Shown: positions 26,826-35,814, numbered from the stretch's first letter. The stretch is 38,983 nt of DNA from Pseudomonadota bacterium (GCA_043822785.1 JBDRBN010000044.1:1-38983), one strand, 5' to 3'. Notes: a model not told the origin generated them from the sequence alone. Translations and numbers: made by a program.

Positions 26826-28439
26826 TCATTTTGGTACCTGTATCTTATGTTTTCTCATCTTTGTACTCAGCGTGGTGCGCGCAATGCCTAGCTTGCGCGA
26901 AGCGCGCGACAGGTTGCCCTTGCACTCGCGCAATGCTTCTATGAGATGGGCGCGTTCCTGATCTTTGAGCGAGCCGTTATCGTCTTGTTGAGTGCCAAGG
27001 GTTGCAAAATTGAGGTCAGTCGCTTCAATGACATCGTGGTCGCACAAAAGCAAGGTTCTTTCGATGGTGTTTCTAAGCTCCCTTGCGTTCCCAGCCCACT
27101 TATGGTCGCTAAGTGCTGTGAGCGCAGCGTCGGTAAGAGATAGGCTTCTTCCTTTGGGCGCAAATTCAGAAACAAAGTGTTTTGCTAGAGCAGGGATGTC
27201 TTCAGGCCGTTCGCGCAAAGGGGATATTTCTATAGGAATCACAAAGATCCTAAAGAGAAGATCCTCGCGAAAAGTTTTCTGCCTAGCCATGCGGCCGAGA
27301 TTTTTGTTTGTGGCGCACACCAGCCTAAAATCCACAGGAATTTCTTCTTGCCCGCCCAGCCTGCGAACGGTTTTAGATTCCAGTACGCGCAAGAGTCTGG
27401 TTTGAAGATCGAGCGGCATCTCGCCTATCTCGTCGAGAAACAGTGTGCCGCTCCTGGCCTGCTCAAAAAAGCCAGTTGCCCGTTCTACTGCTCCTGTAAA
27501 TGCGCCGCGTTCATGACCAAAGAGCTGACTCTCTATTATAGTGCTGGGTATGGCGCCACAGTTGACAGCCACAAAGGGCTGTTTATTTCGGTTGCTCAAC
27601 CTGTGGATTTCGCGCGCTGCCAGCTCTTTGCCTGTTCCGCTTTCGCCGGTGATGACAACGGTTGAATCAGATGGAGCTATGCGCGAGATGAGGGCAAATA
27701 TCTCTCGCATGGATTTGGATGCGCCGAGCATGTTTCCGAGACGACTGGATTTTGATGGTACGATGCTTTCAGTTTCGCTCACCAATCTATAGTTGACTAC
27801 AGATCGACCTATTCGAAATACCCCGTGTGGCTGCATGGAGACTTGGTTGATCTTTGTATCGCCCACAAATACACCGTTTGTGGAAGCCAGATCGATAAGC
27901 CTTACTTCTCTTCCTTTGATTTCTAACCTGCAATGTCTGCGCGACACATATGGATCGGCAACAGCTACATCACACGACGCATGATGTCCTAAAGTTATTT
28001 CTGATTTGGTCATACACTTTTTTGTAGGCGCTTGGTCAGGCGAGTTTACTATGATCTCTATGCGTTCGGTGGTAAGGCATTTGTGCGAAGGGTCATAAGA
28101 GATGACGCGCGTTAAGTGCGGTGTGGAGGCAAGGGTTTTAATGGGCACCGCATCTATGGTTGTGTCAATGAGAAGAGTCCAAGGCCCTATGGATATTCGA
28201 TCGCCTGCATTTATCTCTGCCTCTTTCTTGAGATCGCCGTTTATGAGCATGCCGTTTTTTGAAAGATCTGTTGCATACAAGTTGCCGTCTCGCCATTCTA
28301 TGCGACAGTGCTTGCGCGATATTTCTGGATCTAGAAGTCTAAGGGTGTTGCCTGCAGCTCGGCCTATGGTGAGCGGATCAGAGCCGATTGGCTCTTTCAT
28401 TAATCTCTTGCCTGCTCGCTGGAGCGTGATCTCCAACAT
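26826..28439 (-). CDS. sigma54-dependent activator with two FHA domains, AAA+ core and Fis-type HTH
   Basis: IGR...SRKHC...SKNG and SRRHC...STNG FHA motifs; [24 protein letters not shown]-terminal HTH. Confidence 0.93.
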   Translation of the reverse strand: MLEITLQRAGKRLMKEPIGSDPLTIGRAAGNTLRLLDPEISRKHCRIEWRDGNLYATDLSKNGMLINGDLKKEAEINAGDRISIGPWTLLIDTTIDAVPIKTLASTPHLTRVISYDPSHKCLTTERIEIIVNSPDQAPTKKCMTKSEITLGHHASCDVAVADPYVSRRHCRLEIKGREVRLIDLASTNGVFVGDTKINQVSMQPHGVFRIGRSVVNYRLVSETESIVPSKSSRLGNMLGASKSMREIFALISRIAPSDSTVVITGESGTGKELAAREIHRLSNRNKQPFVAVNCGAIPSTIIESQLFGHERGAFTGAVERATGFFEQARSGTLFLDEIGEMPLDLQTRLLRVLESKTVRRLGGQEEIPVDFRLVCATNKNLGRMARQKTFREDLLFRIFVIPIEISPLRERPEDIPALAKHFVSEFAPKGRSLSLTDAALTALSDHKWAGNARELRNTIERTLLLCDHDVIEATDLNFATLGTQQDDNGSLKDQERAHLIEALRECKGNLSRASRKLGIARTTLSTKMRKHKIQVPK

Positions 28440-28494
28440 GAGCCCTTTTTACACATATAAAGAAAACGTAGTCAATCACAAACCCAATAAAAAA

Positions 28495-28521
28495 GCGAGA
28501 AACGCGAGACAAGCGAGAAAC
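28495..28521 (+). repeat. 9-bp tandem repeat GCGAGANNN x3
   Basis: GCGAGAAAC GCGAGACAA GCGAGAAAC. Confidence 0.8.
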
Positions 28522-28526
28522 ATATA

Positions 28527-28542
28527 TGGCATTAAAGATGCA
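28527..28542 (+). promoter_or_regulatory. sigma54 -24/-12 promoter
   Basis: TGGCAT-TAAAG-ATGCA, GG-N10-GC, divergent from the sigma54 activator. Confidence 0.6.
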
Positions 28543-28554
28543 TATGTAGAATGT

Positions 28555-29121
28555 ATGCGTCCGCTAATGTTGATTACAATGTTAATGGTGTGCCTGATTT
28601 CGAACAATGCGCGTTCTGATATTCGAATTAGCGAACACCTGTGTGATGTTGTGAGCGAAGCCGTCTTGACCGGCTTTGATGAATCGTTTTGTCATCGCGA
28701 GGAGGCCGCAGGCCGACGTGGCGATCCCCATAGTTTATTTTTTATCTTTCCCGTTGACGGAAGGGTGAGTTCTTTTTTTGGCAGACGAAAAGATCCATTT
28801 CATAAAGCCGTCGCAATTCATAAAGGAATAGATGTTGCTTATAAAACAGGCTCCCCTGTGCTTGCAGCTGGGCCTGGCCACGTATCATATGCGGGCTGGC
28901 TGGGAGGCTGCGGAAATATGTGCGTGGTGGATCACGGCAAGGGGCTAAGCACTCGCTACTGCCATCTTAATGAAGTGGATGTGAGGAAGGGGCAGGAGGT
29001 GGCCTTTGGCCAAAGGTTAGGCAGCATGGGCGCAAGCGGAAGGGCAACCGGTTCGCATCTGCACTTTGAGGTGAGGCGCGGCGGAGTTGCCGTGGATCCT
29101 GCGGAGTATTTGGCGTTTTGA
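28555..29121 (+). CDS. M23 family metallopeptidase, secreted
   Basis: HKGID, YCHL, ATGSHLHFEV; signal-like MRPLMLITMLMVCLIS; the ORF-track start 28102 is antisense to the activator. Confidence 0.85.
   Translation: MRPLMLITMLMVCLISNNARSDIRISEHLCDVVSEAVLTGFDESFCHREEAAGRRGDPHSLFFIFPVDGRVSSFFGRRKDPFHKAVAIHKGIDVAYKTGSPVLAAGPGHVSYAGWLGGCGNMCVVDHGKGLSTRYCHLNEVDVRKGQEVAFGQRLGSMGASGRATGSHLHFEVRRGGVAVDPAEYLAF
28690..28729 (+). repeat. Family-A half element inside the M23 coding region
   Basis: TGTCATCGCGAGGAGGCCGCAGGCCGACGTGGCGATCCCC, translated in frame as CHREEAAGRRGDP. Confidence 0.75.
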
Positions 29122-29156
29122 CTTTGCTTTGGAATAGATATAAAGCAGAAAACCTG

Positions 29157-29238
29157 TTTCCCCCTCCTTTGTAAGGAGGGGCAAGGGGAGGTAGATCAGG
29201 ATCTACCCCCTCTAACTCCCCCTTACAAAGGGGGAGAA
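29157..29238. repeat. Family-B inverted doublet ('empty' form of the DUF559 element)
   Basis: Left arm 29157-29198 near-identical to 31511-31550; right arm 29200-29238 identical to 31920-31958; arms separated by 1 nt. Confidence 0.92.
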
Positions 29239-29259
29239 CTAATCTTACAGGAAAATATA

Positions 29260-30558
29260 ATGAAAAAGATGAATCGAAAAACTCTCAGGCAGGATGCGCT
29301 TAACTATCATAGCAAAGGCAGGCCAGGCAAAATTGAGATTGGCGTTACCAAGCCTTGTGAAACGCAACGGGATCTGTCGCTCGCATATACGCCTGGTGTT
29401 GCCGAGCCGTGTCGCGAGATCGTGTGCGATGAAAACGCGGTGTTCGATTATACTATAAGACGAAATCTTGTCGCCGTTATCACCAACGGTACTGCTGTGC
29501 TGGGACTTGGCGATATAGGCCCGCTCGCCTCTAAACCTGTGATGGAAGGAAAGTCCGTGCTCTTCAAACGCTTTGCAGATGTGGATGCGTTTGATCTGGA
29601 GATAGATGAAAAGGATCCTCACCGCCTGATAGAAATCATAAAATCCTTAGAGCCTACCTTTGGTGGAATCAATCTTGAAGACATAAAAGCGCCTGAGTGT
29701 TTTGAGATAGAAACAAAGCTTACCGAGATTATGGATATTCCTGTGTTCCACGATGACCAGCACGGAACAGCCATCATAACAGCAGCAGGTTTTATGAATG
29801 CGTTGGAGTTGGTGGACAAAAAAGCTCAAGATGTAAAGGTGGTATTCTCAGGTGCAGGTGCGGGCGGAGTGGCATGCGCTAGGATGCTTAATACAATAGG
29901 AGTGCCAATTGAAAACATATGGATGTGCGACAGGAAAGGTCTTGTAACCTGTGATCGAGCTGAGAAGGAACCGCATCGCGGCCAGTTTGCAAAGGATTGT
30001 GAGCCAAAAACGCTTGAAGATGCGCTGCAAGATGCAGATGCATTTGTGGGTTTGTCGGTTGGCGGGCTGTTAACAAAAGATATGGTTAAGACCATGGCCA
30101 AAAAACCCATCATCTTTGCCATGGCAAATCCTGATCCTGAGATCATGCCTGAAGATGCCAAAGAAGCAGCACCCGATGCGATCATCGCAACAGGTCGGTC
30201 GGATTATCCCAACCAGGTGAACAATGTGTTGGGTTTTCCGTTTATCTTTCGTGGTGCTTTGGATGTTGGTGCGCGAAAGATAGATGAGGGCATGAAGCTT
30301 GCTGCTGCGCACTCGCTTGCACAGCTTGCCAAAGAGCCGGTGCCGGCTGACGTGTGCAAAGCATATGGAGTGAAGAAAATAGAGTTTGGACCTGATTATA
30401 TAATACCGAAGCCAATAGATTCCCGCGTGCTCTTGTGGGAAGCTCCAGCTGTTGCAGAAGCTGCTATGAAAGCAGGCCTGGCGCGAAGGATGATTGAGGA
30501 TATAGATGCCTATCGGAAGTCTTTGTCATTGCGAGCGGAGCGAAGCAATCCCAAGTGA
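29260..30558 (+). CDS. NAD(P)-dependent malic enzyme (MaeB-type catalytic module without PTA domain)
   Basis: [51 protein letters not shown]. Confidence 0.92.
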   Translation: MKKMNRKTLRQDALNYHSKGRPGKIEIGVTKPCETQRDLSLAYTPGVAEPCREIVCDENAVFDYTIRRNLVAVITNGTAVLGLGDIGPLASKPVMEGKSVLFKRFADVDAFDLEIDEKDPHRLIEIIKSLEPTFGGINLEDIKAPECFEIETKLTEIMDIPVFHDDQHGTAIITAAGFMNALELVDKKAQDVKVVFSGAGAGGVACARMLNTIGVPIENIWMCDRKGLVTCDRAEKEPHRGQFAKDCEPKTLEDALQDADAFVGLSVGGLLTKDMVKTMAKKPIIFAMANPDPEIMPEDAKEAAPDAIIATGRSDYPNQVNNVLGFPFIFRGALDVGARKIDEGMKLAAAHSLAQLAKEPVPADVCKAYGVKKIEFGPDYIIPKPIDSRVLLWEAPAVAEAAMKAGLARRMIEDIDAYRKSLSLRAERSNPK

Positions 30559-30609
30559 TCACGGAGATTGCTTCACCCAGCACCATACGGTGCTGGGTTC
30601 GCAATGACA
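30524..30609. repeat. Family-A palindromic doublet
   Basis: Overlaps the malic enzyme stop; right arm holds the hairpin CCCAGCACC-ATAC-GGTGCTGGG. Confidence 0.88.
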
Positions 30610-30614
30610 TACGG

Positions 30615-30666
30615 GTCTCGCTGGTCTCGCCTTTCTCGCCTTTCTCGCCTGTCTCGCATTTCTCGC
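30615..30666 (-). repeat. 9-bp tandem repeat GCGAGANNN x6
   Basis: On the minus strand it starts in the nadC TAG and runs up to the family-A element. Confidence 0.9.
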
Positions 30667-31502
30667 TATTTATTTGTTTTTTCCACCGTCATATTGATAT
30701 CTACTGCGGGGGCTGAGTGGGTGATGATGCCTGCGGAGATATAATCCACGCCAGTCTCGGCATAAGAGCGCACCGTATCCAAAGTGATTCCTCCAGACAC
30801 CTCAAGCTCTTTGCGGCCTTCTACGAACTCCACTGCAAGCCGCACCTGATCCACAGACATGTTATCTAACATGATGATGTCTGCACCGCCTTCTAAGGCA
30901 TCGCGCACTTCTTCCATCTTTCTGGTCTCGATCTCGATCTTCTGATCAGGCGTCCTCACCTCAAGCGCAGCCTTAAGCGCCGCAGTAACTGAACCGGCAA
31001 CAGCGATGTGGTTATTCTTGATGAGGAAGTGATCATACAGACCCATGCGATGATTTTTTCCGCCGCCCATCTTTACTGCATGCTTTTCAAGCGCGCGAAA
31101 TCCTGGCGTGGTCTTTCTTGTATCGAGTATCTTGGCCTTTGTGCCGCTTATGGCATCAGAGAATTTTTTTGCCATGGTGGCTATACCTGAGAGCCTTTGC
31201 AAAAAGTTAAGCGCTGTGCGTTCAGCACTCAGTAGAGATCTGGCGTCTCCTTTTAACTCGGCAAGCACATCACCTGCTCTACAAAACTCTCCATCAGATT
31301 TTTTAGCGCTCCATTTGATCTTTGGATCTACTGCTAAAAATACTTTCTCGGCAATGTCCGATCCGGCAAGCACGAGATCGCCTTTTGCGTTGATTGTGGC
31401 TTTTGCCTGAATGCCTTCCGGGATCGTGGCCCGGGCCGTGATGTCGCCAGTGCCGATATCCTCTTTGAGAGCCATCTCTATGAGTTGATCTATGTTGTCC
31501 AT
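30666..31502 (-). CDS. nadC: Quinolinate phosphoribosyltransferase
   Basis: EDIGTGDIT, AERTALNFL, DTRKTTPG, NHRMGL, MLDNM, EVSGGI. Confidence 0.96.
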   Translation of the reverse strand: MDNIDQLIEMALKEDIGTGDITARATIPEGIQAKATINAKGDLVLAGSDIAEKVFLAVDPKIKWSAKKSDGEFCRAGDVLAELKGDARSLLSAERTALNFLQRLSGIATMAKKFSDAISGTKAKILDTRKTTPGFRALEKHAVKMGGGKNHRMGLYDHFLIKNNHIAVAGSVTAALKAALEVRTPDQKIEIETRKMEEVRDALEGGADIIMLDNMSVDQVRLAVEFVEGRKELEVSGGITLDTVRSYAETGVDYISAGIITHSAPAVDINMTVEKTNK

Positions 31503-31547
31503 GTGTGTCCTTTCCCCTCCTTTGTAAGGAGGGGTAGGGGAGGTAGA

Positions 31548-31913
31548 TCATGCATTCACCTTGCTTACAATGTCCTCTAGCACTCCCTCCAAATTCTTCA
31601 TGATTTCGTCATTTGTATAACGAATAATTTTTAGGCCGAGCGAACGTAAATAATCCTCTCTTTTAGAATCAAGCGCCTTTTGTTCATTAGTAAAATGGGT
31701 TTCTCCATCTACCTCAATGACTATCTTCTTTTCAGGACAATAGAAATCTACGATATATGGGCCGATTCCGTGCTGTCTACGAAACTTAAGTGAGTTCAAT
31801 TGCTTTGAGCGAATCCTATACCAAAGGCGCCGCTCAGGTTCAGTCGATTGTTCAGAGCGGAGATAGCGTTTGAACTCAAGTTGAGATGCATCGCCTTTTA
31901 GTGTTGGTGGCAT
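31548..31913 (-). CDS. DUF559 / Vsr-like endonuclease-domain protein
   Basis: ERRLW..IR, KFRRQHGIGPYIVDFYC, IVIEVDGETH, D..R...L..LGLKIIRYTN. Confidence 0.92.
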   Translation of the reverse strand: MPPTLKGDASQLEFKRYLRSEQSTEPERRLWYRIRSKQLNSLKFRRQHGIGPYIVDFYCPEKKIVIEVDGETHFTNEQKALDSKREDYLRSLGLKIIRYTNDEIMKNLEGVLEDIVSKVNA

Positions 31914-31919
31914 ATTATT

Positions 31920-32056
31920 GATCTACCCCCTCTAACTCCCCCTTACAAAGGGGGAGAAGTGTTTTGCAGGATCTACCCCCTCTAACTCCCCCTTACAAAG
32001 GGGGAGAAGTGTTTTGCAGGATCTACCCCCTCTAACTCCCCCTTACAAAGGGGAGG
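31920..32056. repeat. 50-bp tandem repeat (about 2.7 copies) of the family-B right arm
   Basis: Units at 31921, 31971 and 32021 with identical linkers. Confidence 0.95.
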
Positions 32057-32059
32057 AAA

Positions 32060-34729
32060 CTAGGAGAGCGCGGAGAGCGCCTCCTTTAGTTTTTTAAGCC
32101 TTTCCTCAGCCTCTTTTTTGCGGGCGCGTTCCTTTTCTACAATCTCCGGCGGGGCTTTTGAGGTGAAGGATTTGTTTGAGAGTTTGCGATCCACTCCCTC
32201 GATTTCCTTTTCCGCCTTTGCGATTTCTTTTTGCAAGCGCGTCTTTTCCGCCTCGATGTCGATGAGACCTGCTAAAGGGACTTTGGTAATCTGATGTTCT
32301 GTTACATTAACTGCAGCATTTGTGATCTTGTCGGCTTTCGCCTTTGACGTGGCCTCAAAGCTATCCACCCTTGCAAGGTGTTCGACATACCTGGGTTGTA
32401 CGGCCTTTGCGAGTTTGTCGTCGGAGAATCCTGATGTTGCAGAGGGTATGCGCTTTGCCGGCGGCACGTTGCTTTCTCCGCGGATGTTTCTTATCGCTTC
32501 CACAGGTTCCTTTATTGTGGCTTCGAAGACATAAGCCTCATCGGCAAATGGAATCTCTGTCTTCTTTGGGTAACGCGACACGATGAGCGGCTTCTCATCA
32601 GGATTAATATGGCTCCAGATCTCCTCTGTGATGAATGGGAGAAATGGGTGCAAGAGCTTTAGCATATCGGAGAGCACATATTTGAGAGTGTATTGCGCTG
32701 CTGCGCGTTCTTTTGCATTATCTTTATTAAATAGATGCAGCTTGGAAGCTTCTAGATACCAGTCGCAAAAATCATTCCACACAAAGTGATAGAGCGCCTG
32801 GGCTGCCACGCTGAATTTGAAATCGTCAAGCGCAGCGCGAGCATCGTTCGTCGCGGATGCAAGGCGGTTTAATATCCATTTATCTGCTAGATTTAGATCT
32901 TTGTCTGCCGGCTTCTTAGCAGGCGCATCTTCAAGGTTCATCATGGCAAAGCGGGCTGCGTTCCAGAGCTTGTTGCAAAAATTTCTGCCCATCTCGAACT
33001 TGGATTCGCTGAGCTTAAGGTCCTGGCCTTCGGTGGAGAGCACCATGAGAGAAAAGCGCATGGCATCTGCGCCGTACTTTTCAATCATGTCCAGAGGATC
33101 GATGCCGTTTCCTAAAGACTTGCTCATTTTGCGGCCAAGCTCATCAAGGATAGTTCCGTGAATATAGACATCTGTGAACGGAACATCGCCCATCATCTTA
33201 AGGCCCAACATGACCATGCGCGCCACCCAGAAATAGATGATGCCGCGGTCTGTGACAAGGGTGCTTGTGGGATAATAGGACTTGAGCGTGTCTGTGGTAT
33301 CAGGCCAGCCCAAAGTGGAGAAGGGCCACAGCGCAGAGCTAAACCAGGTGTCAAGCACATCATCCTCTTGTCTTAGCTTTTTGCTCTTGCAGTGCGGGCA
33401 TTCGGTCGGCGTTTCTCTTGAGACAATAGGAGGACAGGGCGGCTCTTTGCCGGCCTCGCAATACCACACAGGTATGCGGTGCCCCCACCAGATCTGGCGT
33501 GAGATGCACCAGTCGCGGGCATTATCCAGCCATTGCATGTAAAACTGGGTCCAGCGTTCAGGGTGAAACTTAACCTTGCCGTCTTCAGTTGCACGCAGCG
33601 CCACCTCTGCAAGCGGCCGCATGCGCACAAACCACTGGTCAGACAGCCGCGGCTCTATTGTTTTGTGACAGCGATAGCAGTGACCCACTGCGAGCTCGTG
33701 ATCTTCGATCTTTTCTATAAGTTTTGCTTTTGTAAGCTCTTCCACGAGCTTTTCTCTGCATTTTTCCCTGCTGAGGCCTTTGTATTTTTCTCCTGCCTCT
33801 TCATTCATGGTGGCATCTTCGTTCATTACGTTTATGCGCGGCAGGTTGTGGCGCTCGCCGATCTGAAAGTCGTTGGGATCGTGCGCGGGCGTAACCTTTA
33901 CCGCGCCGGTTCCAAACGATGCGTCCACAAAGTCGTCTGCGATGATGGGTATCTGCCTGCCCGTCTCAGGCAGGTGTACAAGTTTTCCGATAAGATGTGT
34001 GTACCGCTCATCTTTGGGGTTTACTGCCACGGCAGTGTCGCCCAGCATGGTCTCGGGCCTTGTTGTGGCAACCGTCACGTGGCCTTCTTCTGTAACCATA
34101 GGATATTTTATGTGCCAGAGGTTGCCCTTTGTATCCTCATGTTCGACTTCATCGTCGGCCAAAGCGGTGTGACAGCGCGGGCACCAGTTGACGATATACT
34201 TTCCACGATAGATGAGCCCTTCATCATAGAGCCTTACAAAACATTCGCGCACTGCCTTTGATAAGCCCTCGTCTAACGTGAACCGTGTGCGGTCCCAGTC
34301 GCAGCTTGCACCCAGTGCCTTTAGCTGAAGCAATATTCGATCGCCGTATTCCTCGCGCCATTTCCAGATACGATCGATTAATGCCTCTCTGCCGACTTCT
34401 TGGCGCTTTTTTCCTTCCTTTTTCAAGACCTCTCGCTCCACAACGTTTTGCGTGGCAATGCCCGCATGATCCGTGCCCGGCTGCCAAAGCGCGGCAAATC
34501 CGTCCATGCGCTTGTACCTAATTAGTATGTCTTGCAGGGTATTGTTCAGGCCGTGGCCCATGTGCAGGGCGCCTGTGATGTTGGGCGGAGGTATAACGAT
34601 GCAGTAGGTTTTTTCTTTGGGCTTATCTGGAACATGAAACAAGCCGTTCTTCTCCCAAAATGCGTACCACTTTGATTCGACCAGTTTGTGTTCATATGCC
34701 TTGGGGAGTTCCTTCACGTAAGTCTCCAT
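32060..34729 (-). CDS. valS: Valine--tRNA ligase
   Basis: PPPNITGALHMGH, DWCISRQIWWGH, KMSKS, C-terminal coiled coil. Confidence 0.97.
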   Translation of the reverse strand: METYVKELPKAYEHKLVESKWYAFWEKNGLFHVPDKPKEKTYCIVIPPPNITGALHMGHGLNNTLQDILIRYKRMDGFAALWQPGTDHAGIATQNVVEREVLKKEGKKRQEVGREALIDRIWKWREEYGDRILLQLKALGASCDWDRTRFTLDEGLSKAVRECFVRLYDEGLIYRGKYIVNWCPRCHTALADDEVEHEDTKGNLWHIKYPMVTEEGHVTVATTRPETMLGDTAVAVNPKDERYTHLIGKLVHLPETGRQIPIIADDFVDASFGTGAVKVTPAHDPNDFQIGERHNLPRINVMNEDATMNEEAGEKYKGLSREKCREKLVEELTKAKLIEKIEDHELAVGHCYRCHKTIEPRLSDQWFVRMRPLAEVALRATEDGKVKFHPERWTQFYMQWLDNARDWCISRQIWWGHRIPVWYCEAGKEPPCPPIVSRETPTECPHCKSKKLRQEDDVLDTWFSSALWPFSTLGWPDTTDTLKSYYPTSTLVTDRGIIYFWVARMVMLGLKMMGDVPFTDVYIHGTILDELGRKMSKSLGNGIDPLDMIEKYGADAMRFSLMVLSTEGQDLKLSESKFEMGRNFCNKLWNAARFAMMNLEDAPAKKPADKDLNLADKWILNRLASATNDARAALDDFKFSVAAQALYHFVWNDFCDWYLEASKLHLFNKDNAKERAAAQYTLKYVLSDMLKLLHPFLPFITEEIWSHINPDEKPLIVSRYPKKTEIPFADEAYVFEATIKEPVEAIRNIRGESNVPPAKRIPSATSGFSDDKLAKAVQPRYVEHLARVDSFEATSKAKADKITNAAVNVTEHQITKVPLAGLIDIEAEKTRLQKEIAKAEKEIEGVDRKLSNKSFTSKAPPEIVEKERARKKEAEERLKKLKEALSALS

Positions 34730-34800
34730 TCGCAGATATCTAACAAAGCAAAATGTCTAGGGAATTTGGCATGATCTGTCAACTTAGCTCTTGGTGCATC

Positions 34801-35127
34801 CTATACCTTTGTCTTGAGATATGCCTTGAGCCTCGGAAGCTCAACCTTGACCGTTTTCCAAACAATGGCGAGGTCCACACCCAGATAGTCATGGATCAGG
34901 CGGTTGCGCATGCCTACGATCGCGCGCCAGGGAATCGGCGAATCCTTCACAGAGTTAAAGGAAATCCTGCCGGCTGCCTCGCCGATGATCTCCAGCTGCC
35001 GGATCACGGCGTCTTGAGTCTTTGCGTTTCTGATGAACGCAGCCTTCTTGATGCGGCCAACGTAGGATTCAATCCGTGCGATTGAATCCAGCATATGAAG
35101 AAGGAAAGGTTCAGGCTGCTTCTTCAT
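34801..35127 (-). CDS. HepT-like (DUF86) HEPN ribonuclease toxin
   Basis: DAVIRQLEIIGEAA, IPWRAIVGMRNRLIHDY (RX4H-x-Y). Confidence 0.9.
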   Translation of the reverse strand: MKKQPEPFLLHMLDSIARIESYVGRIKKAAFIRNAKTQDAVIRQLEIIGEAAGRISFNSVKDSPIPWRAIVGMRNRLIHDYLGVDLAIVWKTVKVELPRLKAYLKTKV

Positions 35128-35626
35128 ATAATACCTCGCGACCTTTTAGTATCTCGTCCTTGAGATGCGGTGAGAGCGAACCTGGAGTAACGACGTCAAG
35201 TTGGTGTCTGGTTCGGATAAGCGCCTTGAGCTCTTCCTCAATGCGGGCGAGCTCGAACAATGAAACAGGCTTTTTGAACTCTATGAGAATGTCAATATCG
35301 CTGCCGTCTTTGAAATCTGGACGGAGGATTGAGCCGAAGAGGGCGAACATCCTGATGCCATGCCCGCGGCAGAATTTCCCAAGCGCCTTGCGGCTGACAG
35401 GAAACCGCTTCTCGATTGCGCTTGCCGCTTTTGCGGAGGTCAGAGGCGTGATCTTAAGGCCCTGGCCTAGCGCGGCAAGAACCTTTACGAGGTTTTCGAG
35501 GTGGAGATTTGCGTCGGCGAGAAATGCGGCGATACTCTGCCTTCTGACGCCGCTTCGTTCGGAGAGCGCACGCACAGAGAGACCCTGTTCGTCGATCAGC
35601 TTCCGGATATGTGTCCTGAGGTCCAT
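35111..35626 (-). CDS. Xre-type HTH fused to minimal nucleotidyltransferase (MntA-like antitoxin)
   Basis: LSVRALSERSGVRRQSI HTH; LFGSILRPDFKDGSDIDILIEF nucleotidyltransferase motif. Confidence 0.88.
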   Translation of the reverse strand: MDLRTHIRKLIDEQGLSVRALSERSGVRRQSIAAFLADANLHLENLVKVLAALGQGLKITPLTSAKAASAIEKRFPVSRKALGKFCRGHGIRMFALFGSILRPDFKDGSDIDILIEFKKPVSLFELARIEEELKALIRTRHQLDVVTPGSLSPHLKDEILKGREVLYEEAA

Positions 35627-35632
35627 ACAAAT

Positions 35633-35680
35633 ATGGTACTAGAAATAGAACCAGAAATCAAGCGGTACTATTATTAGACT
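35633..35680 (-). promoter_or_regulatory. Leaderless sigma70 promoter with two operator-like sites
   Basis: TTGATT-N17-TACCAT ending 6 nt before ATG 35626; GGTACTA-N4-TAGA occurs at 35635 and 35664. Confidence 0.6.
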
Positions 35681-35814
35681 TGTGAGAAGATTAAATGCGG
35701 CGCAATCACAAGGCCTTACCCTTAAAGCAGCTCACCTCTAGGAGCCTGTCGGAGTACAGGGGCAAGCCATCCGACAAATAAAAAACATTTCCCTTAGGGG
35801 CGCTGATGAGGGCT

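Larger units (their letters stand above)
31511..32058. mobile_element. Candidate mobile unit: DUF559 nuclease gene between inverted family-B arms
   Basis: Left arm overlaps the TGA; right arm begins 6 nt upstream of the ATG; sits between valS and nadC. Confidence 0.65.

Noticed and set aside
28102..28554. N-terminal half of the 339-aa M23 ORF
   Set aside because: Antisense to the FHA activator and runs through the 9-mer array and the sigma54 site.
31920..32056. Possible CRISPR array (palindromic ~37-bp repeat x3)
   Set aside because: Linkers are identical and only about 12 bp, the unit is a dispersed repeat family, and no cas genes are present.
35738..35776. CTAGGAGCCTGTCGGAGTA...TCCGACA, resembling an IS/MITE end between the TA pairs
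   Set aside because: Only a 7-bp inverted match and no partner end or target duplication in the window.
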